IMG/VR virus record: IMGVR_UViG_3300047409_000205
Span: 1 to 44,357 of that record
Direction: 5' to 3' (one strand)
DNA: 44,357 nucleotides
DNA from: a virus
Lineage: Duplodnaviria > Caudoviricetes
Positions 1 to 8,067 of this stretch are shown one piece after another; position 1 is the first letter of the stretch; each line of letters starts with the position of its first letter. The translations under genes and the position numbers were made by a program. A model generated the notes under the pieces. That model saw only the letters and a list, made by a program, of their open reading frames with translations, did no database searches and had not been told where the DNA came from.

Positions 1-115
1 AGAACCACCAGCTCCGCCGCTCCAGCTTCCGCAGTTCCCGCCGTATCGCCCGTAGCTGCGTGTGATGGTGCATCCGATAAAGCCCCAGGTTCTCAGTAAT
101 GGTTCGGACGCTCAA
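1..115 (-). CDS. Hypothetical protein, truncated by window edge (MSVRTITENLGLYRMHHH...)
   Basis: TTG start overlaps the dnaB stop (TTGA); frame stays open to position 1. Confidence 0.4.
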   Translation of the reverse strand, partial: MSVRTITENLGLYRMHHHTQLRAIRRELRKLERRSWWF

Positions 116-1767
116 TTTAGCTCCTGCCTTTCATCCTCCCGGTTGCTCCACATTTTCCTGGTCACATTCTCAAAGCGCGTCATCTCATCCACGAATCGCA
201 GCCGGATATTGTTCACCGGCCCGTTGCGTTGTTTCGCCAGGATCAGCTCGGCATACTCCTCGATTTGGCGGCTTCGCTCCTTCAGTTGATCCTCGGTAAG
301 CCGCTCCTCATCCTTGCTTTCTTCCCATAGTTCATCGCCATCCGGGCTTTTCAGGTGTAACAACTTGGCCAGCTTGTTTTTTTCACCCTTTAACCCCTCG
401 TTTTTCGGGTGCTGTATATGCCTGGACGGCCGCCATAGAAGCAGCACAATATCTGCATCCTGCTCGATCGATCCGCTCTCGCGTAGGTCGCTTAGCTTGG
501 GCTTGCCAAACTCGCGGGATTCGGCTTCGCGGTTAAGTTGCGCACAGCAAATAATCGGGATCCCCAGCTCTTTCGCCGTCGCTTTAAGTGACGCTGAAAT
601 CTCCGTGATCTCGAGCCACCGCGCTTCCTGCGAACGTTTGCTGGGGCTGTGCATCAGTTGCAAGTAATCCACCACGATCGCTTTCACCCCGTAGCGCGTC
701 CGCATCATCCGGGCTCGCGCCTTAAAGCTGGCGATACTCAGCGCCGGCGAATCGTCTATCCACAACGGCGCAAAAATGATTTTGCGCATTTGCTCAGGCA
801 CACCCTCAAACCCGCTCCCGGCAGCGAACGCCTGGCGAAACTGTTTCAGTTGACCGGCAGTTTCGTCACTCAACTTGCCGTCGCGGAATCGCTGCAAACT
901 AATGTCCGTCACATTAGCAAAGAGCCGGTTCACAACTTCCTGGAAACTCATTTCCATCGAGAACACGCCCACCGGCACCTGGTTAAGCACCGCCATGTTA
1001 GAAGCGAAATTCATGGCCAGCGCCGTCTTACCCTGCGACGGCCGCGCGCCCACGATAACAAGTTGCTGCTCGCGCAATCCCGCGGTCATCCGGTCCAGGT
1101 CGAATATACCCGTAGCCAATCCCATCACAGCGTCATCTCCCCGGTGCGCGTATGCCTGCGAAAGCTGATCCACCGCCACTGGCACGCCTTCCCGCACGTG
1201 CACAATCACATCCGGCCGCTCCGTTTCGATGATGATTTGCGTAAGCGCCGCCTGCGTTTGCTCCAGCACCTGCGCGATCTCCGCCTGCTCATCGCGCGCC
1301 ACCCGGATGATCTCCGTGCACTTGGCGATAATCTCCCGCGCGAGATATTTCTCGCGCAGAATGTCCAGGTAATAATCCACGTTCGCGGAAGTCGGCACGA
1401 ACGTGAATAGGTTGGTCACATAACTCGCCCCTCCCGCCTCCTCGATCCGCAGCATGTAACCCGGATCATTCGCGTCCTGTCGAATCCGAATCCCGTCCGC
1501 AAACGCCTGAGTGAACGTGATGAGATCCAGCACCTGCTTTTTTTCCTGGTGATAGAACGCGCCCAGCGCCGTGAACGTCGAACGATTGGCAGGAATAAAG
1601 AAATGTTCCGGCCGCAGCCGGTCCAGCGCTTCCGTGAGCGCATTGCGATCCTGCAACATCGAACCTAACACACCCATTTCCGCGTCCGAAGAGTGCGGCA
1701 ACCCGCCGCTTGTCCGCGATTCCCCGTTACTCGGGAAAGCCACCGCCTGATTCGCCACCCGGTTCAC
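112..1767 (-). CDS. dnaB: Replicative DNA helicase DnaB
   Basis: N-terminal PHSxDAExxVLG, Walker A GARPSQGKT, FSMEM, VDYLQL, QLNR, LRESGSIEQDAD, AKQRNGP. Confidence 0.97.
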   Translation of the reverse strand: MNRVANQAVAFPSNGESRTSGGLPHSSDAEMGVLGSMLQDRNALTEALDRLRPEHFFIPANRSTFTALGAFYHQEKKQVLDLITFTQAFADGIRIRQDANDPGYMLRIEEAGGASYVTNLFTFVPTSANVDYYLDILREKYLAREIIAKCTEIIRVARDEQAEIAQVLEQTQAALTQIIIETERPDVIVHVREGVPVAVDQLSQAYAHRGDDAVMGLATGIFDLDRMTAGLREQQLVIVGARPSQGKTALAMNFASNMAVLNQVPVGVFSMEMSFQEVVNRLFANVTDISLQRFRDGKLSDETAGQLKQFRQAFAAGSGFEGVPEQMRKIIFAPLWIDDSPALSIASFKARARMMRTRYGVKAIVVDYLQLMHSPSKRSQEARWLEITEISASLKATAKELGIPIICCAQLNREAESREFGKPKLSDLRESGSIEQDADIVLLLWRPSRHIQHPKNEGLKGEKNKLAKLLHLKSPDGDELWEESKDEERLTEDQLKERSRQIEEYAELILAKQRNGPVNNIRLRFVDEMTRFENVTRKMWSNREDERQELN

Positions 1768-2567
1768 GCCGGCCAGCCTTCCTTTACTCGCGCCTCGACC
1801 TGCTTCTTTATGTCGCGCGAAGCTTTATCCCAGCGCTCAGGTGGTTCCTTAGCACCGGGCCAAAGCTCTCGCAGCGCACGCCGCCGGTCCTCAGTCCAAC
1901 CCTCCCAGGAATAGTAATCTTCGCAGGCAAGCGAGCCCACTTCCTCCTCGTCCTCTTCCAAAGGTTGTTCCGCGTGGAGCAACCAGTTTTCCAGGAACCG
2001 CTCAGTCACCGCCCGGTTTTTTTTCTTACACCACTCCACCGCACGCTCCACCTCTCCTTCCACGTCCAACCCATCAAAGCGCGGATCCTCAATCAAGAAG
2101 TCAATGAATTTGGAAAGCTGCTTCTTCTTAGGGTTCCTTAACGGTTCCTCTAACGGATCTGGGTGACTGGGAGTCACCCTTTCGGGACTGGGAGTCACCC
2201 TTTCGGGACTGGGAGTCACCCTTTCGGGCTTTAAGGGTGACTCTGTGTCAGGCTTAAACGGTGACTGTGAGTCAGTCTTTAATGGTGACTGTGAGTCAGT
2301 CTTTGCTCCACTTAACCGATATACTTTTACTTGTTTTGTTCTTCCTGTTCGCTTGCCGCTATCTTCAACCCAGCCTTGTTCAACAAGCCGGTCCAGTAAT
2401 CGGACCACGCTCCTATGGGAGAGACTGGTTATGCGGCTGATCGTTTCCGTGGACGGATAGGCCATGCCGGTGTCACCGGCATAATTCGCCAGTATCATCA
2501 GCACGTATTTCTCGAGCGGCTCTTTGATTTCCTGTTCCAGCACCCAGGCGATTGCTCTTATGCTCAT
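1764..2567 (-). CDS. Phage replication initiator (N-terminal winged HTH, lambda O-like organisation)
   Basis: KYVLMILANYA...AYPSTETISRITSLSHRSVVRLLDRLVEQGWV wHTH; central iteron-encoded peptide repeats; ATGA-coupled to dnaB. Confidence 0.85.
   Translation of the reverse strand: MSIRAIAWVLEQEIKEPLEKYVLMILANYAGDTGMAYPSTETISRITSLSHRSVVRLLDRLVEQGWVEDSGKRTGRTKQVKVYRLSGAKTDSQSPLKTDSQSPFKPDTESPLKPERVTPSPERVTPSPERVTPSHPDPLEEPLRNPKKKQLSKFIDFLIEDPRFDGLDVEGEVERAVEWCKKKNRAVTERFLENWLLHAEQPLEEDEEEVGSLACEDYYSWEGWTEDRRRALRELWPGAKEPPERWDKASRDIKKQVEARVKEGWPA
2163..2304. repeat. Iteron array / probable replication origin inside initiator gene
   Basis: 3x 21-bp GACTGGGAGTCACCCTTTCGG (2165-2227) plus 3x 24-bp-period GGTGACTsTGwGTCAG units (2236, 2260, 2284). 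All six carry GAC-N5-GTC dyads; a T-rich tract follows at ~2320-2345. Confidence 0.8.
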
Positions 2568-2568
2568 G

Positions 2569-3006
2569 TTACCACCTGCCCGGAAACCGCGGGCAACGCC
2601 CCTCGAGCCGATAAAGTTGCGGCGCCGGCAGCGGACCCGGCATGTGCGCCTTCACAGTCATGTGTGGCCGGAAGTTGTTATTAGTGGCCACCGACACCAG
2701 CACCACTTCACCCGTGTCCGTGGTAGCTTGGATCAGCCTGGGATTCGGAAACACGCGGGTAACAACCAGCTCAACCACGCCATTCTGCGCCGCCCCATTT
2801 TTTTCCAGGCACTCACTGCAATCCAATCCTTCGCTGTCCAGTTGGCGCAGGAGTTTTTTCAAAGCCGCCTCGCTGATGAAAAGCGAGCGGCCAATTTTTT
2901 TTATATCGTCATTGCCGAGCGCATCTTTACGGAAATTTTCAAGCGACGATCTTGTAACGGTTAAACGCGACGCAAGTAAGGATTCTGAATACCACCGGTG
3001 CTGCAT
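2569..3006 (-). CDS. Hypothetical phage protein
   Basis: 145-aa ORF packed between neighbours (1- and 5-nt gaps), same strand. Confidence 0.75.
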   Translation of the reverse strand: MQHRWYSESLLASRLTVTRSSLENFRKDALGNDDIKKIGRSLFISEAALKKLLRQLDSEGLDCSECLEKNGAAQNGVVELVVTRVFPNPRLIQATTDTGEVVLVSVATNNNFRPHMTVKAHMPGPLPAPQLYRLEGRCPRFPGRW

Positions 3007-3011
3007 GACAC

Positions 3012-3854
3012 TTAAAGCCCATTAGCCAAAAATTTCGGAGAGCCCTTATCCATAGCGGGGTCTGTGGCCGCGGCCGCCGGCGACCCCCCCCCCGCCTGGT
3101 CCGGCTCTCGAGCGCTCGCCGCGACCGCCGCGGAATCGCGCGCCGCGGCTGGTGAATCCGTGGTGAAAGTCGGGAGATCTGCCGGGCTTGGCTGGGTAGG
3201 TAGGCCCGAAACGTCTGATTTCCAATCAGACCCAGCGCCGGCGGGCTGATCCTGGTCGGGCTCCACGTCGATCGTCGCCAGGTCTGAACCGGGCGCCGGC
3301 AATGCAGACTTTTTTCCGGCGCATGAATGAATATCGCCGCCGTTTTTTTGTTCTATAGGCGCCTGGGCCTCGAGCTCGTGAACGAATTGCCCGAAATCCG
3401 AGAACAAATCAATCCTGTGCACGTGATCCACGCGCGCGATCGCGCGGCCGCTGTCCAGCGCTTCTATGTCGCTGACTATCTTTAGCGTCAATCCGAGCGC
3501 CTGGCGTGGAATCTGATCGACTTCGCGCTCTATCCGGTCCACGAGATTCCATTTCGTGCGCTTAAGCTTTGCCGGCATTCGGCGCTCATAGTCCGCAATT
3601 TCCACCGCGTATGCGTTCGCAACGTTGGCCACTGTCAGCCGATGCACGTGGACCAGGCGCGCTATTCCGTCGATCGCGCGGCCCTCAGCGAGTAACATGA
3701 TTATGTCGTTGCGCTTCTGCTCCGGGCAGCGCGCGCCGGTGTAAAGCGCAAATTTACGCTCTTCATCCGTCAGCGCTTCCATAGTTTCGGCGTCGAATAG
3801 GTGGCTGCCTGGTAACTCGGGCGCGTCGGGTAGGCGTGGAACTGATGCCGGCAT
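3012..3854 (-). CDS. HTH protein, candidate terminase small subunit
   Basis: HTH (IIMLLAEGRAIDGIARLVHVHRLTVANV), helical core ending LDSGRAIARVDHVH, long disordered tail. No other TerS candidate next to terL. Confidence 0.5.
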   Translation of the reverse strand: MPASVPRLPDAPELPGSHLFDAETMEALTDEERKFALYTGARCPEQKRNDIIMLLAEGRAIDGIARLVHVHRLTVANVANAYAVEIADYERRMPAKLKRTKWNLVDRIEREVDQIPRQALGLTLKIVSDIEALDSGRAIARVDHVHRIDLFSDFGQFVHELEAQAPIEQKNGGDIHSCAGKKSALPAPGSDLATIDVEPDQDQPAGAGSDWKSDVSGLPTQPSPADLPTFTTDSPAAARDSAAVAASAREPDQAGGGSPAAAATDPAMDKGSPKFLANGL

Positions 3855-3858
3855 AGTA

Positions 3859-4080
3859 TTATTTCTGACCTTTAATGCACAAAAAAAAAGAACGGCGGGC
3901 GGGGAGCACGCGCGTCGCCTGCAATAACGCGATGCCTTTGATCTTATGCGCTGCGCGTTCTATAGCCTGGTCGCGGGTCCGCGCTTTAACCTTGAATGCC
4001 GGCCGAAAAAAAACGCGGCCGGCCGCCGACATGAATCCGCGGTGAATCTGCCAATCAGGAATCGTTTTCTTCGTGGCCAT
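3859..4080 (-). CDS. Small basic hypothetical protein
   Basis: 73 aa, fills the gap in a tightly packed leftward operon. Confidence 0.6.
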   Translation of the reverse strand: MATKKTIPDWQIHRGFMSAAGRVFFRPAFKVKARTRDQAIERAAHKIKGIALLQATRVLPARRSFFLCIKGQK

Positions 4081-4351
4081 TGGTAATTTGAGTGTTAGCG
4101 TCCCACGCTGCGACGGCTGAAAGCGGGATCCGTAAACCGTGATCGCCTAGCCGATGCGCGCGCGGTATTTCGCGCTTGCGAATCTTATCGAGGACCGTGG
4201 CGCGAGAGATCTTCCGGGCTCGGGCTAATTCTGAAACCGTTAAATGCGGTTCAATCGTTGAAAGCTCAAAAATTAAATCGAGAAGTTCGGGCCGGTCTTT
4301 GTTGCGGAGTGCGCTTTCTATCTGCGCGCGGGTTTTGCCAATTAACGTCAC
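4055..4351 (-). CDS. Excisionase-like (HTH_17/MerR-type) DNA-binding protein
   Basis: LTVSELARARKISRATVLDKIRKREIPRAHRLG..LRIPLSAV pattern typical of Xis-like proteins. Confidence 0.75.
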   Translation of the reverse strand: MTLIGKTRAQIESALRNKDRPELLDLIFELSTIEPHLTVSELARARKISRATVLDKIRKREIPRAHRLGDHGLRIPLSAVAAWDANTQITNGHEENDS

Positions 4352-4566
4352 GCGGCGAGCTCCGGCTCGGGTTCGGGTTTATCGATCATGCCGGCCGCGG
4401 TCCAGCGCTCTTCGATCGTTAGGATTTCGCGCTCCAGCTCCGCCAGGGCAATGCGCTCCTCGGGAATATCAGCGCGCCGGCTAAAGATTTTAATTTCCTT
4501 AAAAATCAAATCGAACGCCAGCGCGCGCGCGTTCTTCAGCGGTTCAACTTCGGCGGCTGTAATCAT
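4348..4566 (-). CDS. Hypothetical protein, first gene of the leftward operon
   Basis: 72 aa, GTGA overlap with the next gene. Confidence 0.65.
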   Translation of the reverse strand: MITAAEVEPLKNARALAFDLIFKEIKIFSRRADIPEERIALAELEREILTIEERWTAAGMIDKPEPEPELAA

Positions 4567-4659
4567 TGGCGTGCGTCAGTAATACCACGCCCGTTTTGCG
4601 GCCGCAATATCAAAGTTATCTCGAGGCAAAACTTTCGACAAATTGCGACAGTTTGCGCG

Positions 4660-4720
4660 CCTTAAAAATAATTTAAATAATTCCTTTACAGTAAAGCGCT
4701 TTGCTGTTATCTGCTAGGTA
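4660..4720 (+). promoter_or_regulatory. Early promoter with overlapping palindromic operator, probably leaderless
   Basis: AT-rich UP-like tract, TTTACA (4685-4690), 17-nt spacer, TATCTG (4708-4713, imperfect -10 preceded by TG), ATG 7 nt later with no SD. 20-bp dyad ACAGTAAAGCGCTTTGCTGT (4688-4707, one mismatch). Confidence 0.6.
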
Positions 4721-5641
4721 ATGAACAACGAAACAAAGCACGAAACGGCGCACGGCGCGCAAGTAACGGACGACAGTCCGAGCCGCAACGATGTTTACCA
4801 AATTGTGACTGATCGCGTGATTTCATTACTCGAATCCGGGACGGTTCCCTGGCGTAAACCTTGGGCCGGTGGCGATCAATTCCCGATGAACCTCGCCAGC
4901 GGTAAAGCTTACCGCGGCGTTAATGTCTGGTTGCTTTCGTGCGCCGGTTTCAGCTCGCCTTACTGGGTAAGCTATAAGCAAGCGCAAGACCGCGGCGGAT
5001 CCGTGCGCAAAGGCGAGAAGTCGAGCCTCGCAGTATTTTGGAAGCGCTTAGAAACGACCGACAAAGCGACGGGCGAAAAGAAAACGATTCCGATGTTGCG
5101 CTATTATCGCGTGTTTAACGTGGAGCAATGCGACGGCGTTGACTATCCGAAACCGGAAGCGCGCGAGGTGACATTTAATCCAATCGCCGCGGCTGAATCA
5201 ATCGTTGCAGCAATGCCAGCGCCGCCGGCAATCACTCATAACGAGGCCCGCGCTTATTACCAGCGGGAAAGCGATCGCGTGAACATGCCCAAGCGCGAAA
5301 CATTCGCCGCGGAAACTGAATACTATTCGACGCTCTTTCACGAGCTGATCCACGCGACCGGCCACGAGTCGCGGCTCGGGCGCCTGGCGAATGAAAGCAC
5401 CAATTTCGGCTCGAGCACCTACGCGAAAGAGGAATTGCTTGCCGAAATGGGCGCCGCCTATCTGAACGCGACGGCCGGCATATTGCACAGCAACATCGAC
5501 AATTCGGCCGCGTATATAGCTTCATGGCTAAAGCGATTGAAAGACGATCGCAAGCTCGTAGTCATGGCGGCCGCGGCCGCTCAACGTGCAAGTGATTTCA
5601 TACTTGGGAAAACCTACGGCGACGGAAAGGCGGTGCAATAA
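4721..5641 (+). CDS. ardC: ArdC-like antirestriction protein (ssDNA-binding domain + zincin metallopeptidase domain)
   Basis: YQIVTDRVISLLESGTVPWRKPW, YRGVN, WVSYKQAQ..GGSVRKGEK, YYRVFNVEQ, HELIHATGH (HExxH), YAKEELLAE, AAYIASWL. Confidence 0.93.
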   Translation: MNNETKHETAHGAQVTDDSPSRNDVYQIVTDRVISLLESGTVPWRKPWAGGDQFPMNLASGKAYRGVNVWLLSCAGFSSPYWVSYKQAQDRGGSVRKGEKSSLAVFWKRLETTDKATGEKKTIPMLRYYRVFNVEQCDGVDYPKPEAREVTFNPIAAAESIVAAMPAPPAITHNEARAYYQRESDRVNMPKRETFAAETEYYSTLFHELIHATGHESRLGRLANESTNFGSSTYAKEELLAEMGAAYLNATAGILHSNIDNSAAYIASWLKRLKDDRKLVVMAAAAAQRASDFILGKTYGDGKAVQ

Positions 5642-6039
5642 TGGGCTGGACCTATTTCCAAGCGCCGGCCGGGAAGCGCTCCGTTGATATTCTGCGCGAC
5701 AAGCTCAAATCCTTAACGTGGATCGATGCGCAAAAAGTCGGAGATACGATTTACGCGGCTGTAACTCATCCCAAAGTTACCGGCGCTTTCGCGCTTGTCG
5801 TGCTCATCGATCGCCGCGGCGGCCAGTTCGGCTATAAAGATATGGACGAAGCAATGGGCCCGTATGAGAGCGAATGCCCGGCGCGCATTCTAAACGAGCT
5901 CACAGCAGAGCCTAACGAATACGCGGCCGCCTGGCGTCAGCGGTGCCGCGAATTTAACGCGAGACGCGAGACGGCGGCCGCGGCCGCGCAATGCGCTTAT
6001 CGGATCGCGCACGACGCGGAGCCGTCGCTCTTCGATTGA
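5641..6039 (+). CDS. Conserved mobile-element protein (DUF6927-like)
   Basis: MGW start and FGYKDMDEAMGPYESECPARIL...YAAAWRQRCRE motif recalled from plasmid/phage leading-region proteins; TAATG coupling. Confidence 0.7.
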   Translation: MGWTYFQAPAGKRSVDILRDKLKSLTWIDAQKVGDTIYAAVTHPKVTGAFALVVLIDRRGGQFGYKDMDEAMGPYESECPARILNELTAEPNEYAAAWRQRCREFNARRETAAAAAQCAYRIAHDAEPSLFD

Positions 6040-6087
6040 TTGCTCGCCTGCCAGGCGCCGCGCGTTCAATCCGCCGGCGCTTGTAAG

Positions 6088-6363
6088 ATGAACAACAAAA
6101 CAACAACAACAAAGCCCAGCGCGCCGGCAGATAAGAGCGCGCAACTAGAGGAGCACGTTAATGCGCTTAATTGGACGCGCGACAATGAGAAAATCCTAGC
6201 TTGGCAACGCGACCAGGCGCGCCAGCAACTCGAGACAGCCGCGGTCATGCTGAGCGACATACTAAACACCATCGAAGTAAACGATTTTAGTTTCGTTTCG
6301 CTCCGATGGATTCACATGCACGGCAAGGCGACACTCGCGGTTTTAGAAAGAGAGGCCCGCTAA
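6088..6363 (+). CDS. Hypothetical early protein (coiled coil)
   Basis: ATGAACAAC start after a hairpin, in frame with ORF 6040-6363; 91 aa. Confidence 0.7.
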   Translation: MNNKTTTTKPSAPADKSAQLEEHVNALNWTRDNEKILAWQRDQARQQLETAAVMLSDILNTIEVNDFSFVSLRWIHMHGKATLAVLEREAR

Positions 6364-6364
6364 T

Positions 6365-6886
6365 ATGTCCGCATATATCGTCGATAAAGAGCACGTGCTT
6401 TATTTGGTCGAGGCTGCAATGTCCCGGCGGATCGGTGGCGGCGCCTTTTATTGGATGTGGGGCAATCCCACGCAATCAGCGAAACTCGGCTGCACCGATT
6501 ACGAGCGCGCGGTCGAAGTCGCCAACATGCTTTGGCGTGAGAACATTAAAAGCGTCGGCACGCGATACGAGGGTTCGAGCGCCACGCTCCCAGGTCCTAA
6601 AGGCGGGGAGTTTGTAATCACGCGCGCCGACTTTCAGGGCGTGCGCTGGTTACAGTTTAACGCCGTGCAAGTAATCAAAGCGTGCGATTGCTTTAATTAT
6701 CAGTCGTGCGAGCACGGTGACGAATGGGAAGCCAGCGAAGCAAAGGCCTTTATTGATTCTTTGCGCGCGTCAGCCTGGCGAGAGTTGCCCGGGTATGACG
6801 AGGCGGAGTGGGGCGCGCCGGCCGTTTACGAGAACGCGCGAAACTGCGTCAGCTTAACAGAGCTCGCCAGTCGGCCGCGGAAATAA
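6365..6886 (+). CDS. Conserved hypothetical phage early protein
   Basis: MSAYIVDKEH...LWRENIKSV..RY...KACDCFNYQSCEH..WEASEA...LPGYDEAEW pattern resembling a recurrent phage family. Confidence 0.75.
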   Translation: MSAYIVDKEHVLYLVEAAMSRRIGGGAFYWMWGNPTQSAKLGCTDYERAVEVANMLWRENIKSVGTRYEGSSATLPGPKGGEFVITRADFQGVRWLQFNAVQVIKACDCFNYQSCEHGDEWEASEAKAFIDSLRASAWRELPGYDEAEWGAPAVYENARNCVSLTELASRPRK

Positions 6887-6893
6887 CAGGAAA

Positions 6894-6965
6894 GCGCTTC
6901 CCAGCGTGGCGCCGGCGGTTTATCGTCGGCGCCACTAGGGAAGCGCCGCAAATAGGCGGCGCTTC
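6894..6965 (+). promoter_or_regulatory. Intergenic RNA/ssDNA stem-loop element with two mutually exclusive hairpins
   Basis: GCGCTTCCC(6894-6902)/GGGAAGCGC(6938-6946) enclose a 13-bp stem 6906-6918/6923-6935; alternative stem GAAGCGCCGC(6940-6949)/GCGGCGCTTC(6956-6965). Confidence 0.6.
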
Positions 6966-6998
6966 GTGATGAACAACTAACTACAGAAAACTTACAGA

Positions 6999-7196
6999 AT
7001 GAAAACAAATCAGCAAACAGATCCACTAGCAGACCATAGGCAGGGCATAAAGACCTTACAAACCAAAGCGGACCACGCCGCGCAACTAGCCGAAGCGATT
7101 GCTAAGATACGCACGGCAATGGACCGCGGGCTGGATCTTACACCGTCAATCTATGGCGCAATAGCAACGCTAAAAGCATACGAGGCCGCGCAATGA
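6999..7196 (+). CDS. Hypothetical early protein
   Basis: 65 aa, A-rich leader, ATGA overlap with next ORF. Confidence 0.65.
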   Translation: MKTNQQTDPLADHRQGIKTLQTKADHAAQLAEAIAKIRTAMDRGLDLTPSIYGAIATLKAYEAAQ

Positions 7197-7342
7197 CACC
7201 ACGAATCCAATTCAAGCGCAAGTTAGGGCATCTGTGGCAAGTCCTATACGGCTGCGCCAAAGGTCGGCAATTCTACGGCTACGGCGCGACGCAAGCGCAA
7301 GCCACCACGCAAGCTCGCAAGCGATGGAGCGCCGCGCAATGA
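7193..7342 (+). CDS. Small hypothetical protein MTPRIQFKRKLGHLWQVLYG...RWSAAQ (49 aa, not in ORF track)
   Basis: ATGA overlaps with both the upstream stop (7194-7196) and the downstream start (7339). Confidence 0.6.
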   Translation: MTPRIQFKRKLGHLWQVLYGCAKGRQFYGYGATQAQATTQARKRWSAAQ

Positions 7343-7482
7343 ATAAGGCCGCGCAAAAGCTAGGCCGCCTCGGCCGCGGGAAGAAGAAAACACTCACCGC
7401 GGCCGAGCGCGAGCGCCGGCGCGCGAGCCTGGCGCGCGTGCGCAAACTCCGGTGGCGGAAGCATCGACACAAAAATTTGTAG
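7339..7482 (+). CDS. Small highly basic protein MNKAAQKLGRLGRGKKKTLTAAERERRR...RW (47 aa)
   Basis: ATGA-coupled; resembles the AAxxLGRxGG...LTxExR...ARW small basic proteins of mobile elements. Confidence 0.6.
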   Translation: MNKAAQKLGRLGRGKKKTLTAAERERRRASLARVRKLRWRKHRHKNL

Positions 7483-7578
7483 CGCGAGCTGCGATTGATA
7501 TGGCAGGAAAGGAGAAACCGCTACAATGGAAAACGACAATCCGAAACCAGACAATCCAAAACCGCCGCCGCCGAGAAA

Positions 7579-8031
7579 CTAACGGCGCCGCTGCTTCACA
7601 GGGCCGGCCGCCGTCCGCTTGGGACGGTAGCCGGCCTTTGCACTTAGTAGCTTAAAGAGTTCCTCCAGCTCGCCGTCGCGCGTCATTTCCTGAGCCCACC
7701 ACAGTAACATTTGTTTGTCATCACTCTCGAGCGCCGGCGCCCACGCTTTCACTTCCTGGCTTAGATCGTCGCCTTGCGCATTAAGCAGATCCATCAGCGC
7801 ATCCGGCGCCACCACATCGCGCACCCAGGCCGCTAATAGCCGCGGCCGTTCATAGTGATCCAGCACGTGCAGAAGGCGGTCTAGATGCTGCGGCTGGATC
7901 CGCCGCGAACCGGAGAGCTGCGCCGCCAGCACGCTGCGTTTGATCCCGGATTCAGTCGCTAGTTGTGATACACTCCAGCCACGAGCCTCGAGTATCTCGT
8001 AAATAAACCGCTTCGCGATTCGATTGTGCAA
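7579..8031 (-). CDS. XRE-family HTH transcriptional regulator (repressor candidate)
   Basis: ILEARGWSVSQLATESGIKRSVLAAQLSGSRRI HTH; no S24 autopeptidase domain visible; start codon uncertain. Confidence 0.75.
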   Translation of the reverse strand: MHNRIAKRFIYEILEARGWSVSQLATESGIKRSVLAAQLSGSRRIQPQHLDRLLHVLDHYERPRLLAAWVRDVVAPDALMDLLNAQGDDLSQEVKAWAPALESDDKQMLLWWAQEMTRDGELEELFKLLSAKAGYRPKRTAAGPVKQRRR

Positions 8032-8067
8032 CGTTCCAGTTTCGTAAAGTAACTTTCGAGTGCAGAG

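Noticed and set aside
230-425. DnaB insertion as an intein
   Set aside because: Too short and lacks the C/S start and HN-C/S/T end motifs.
2165-2304. Repeat array as CRISPR
   Set aside because: Repeats are contiguous without unique spacers, lie in-frame in the initiator gene, and no cas genes are present.
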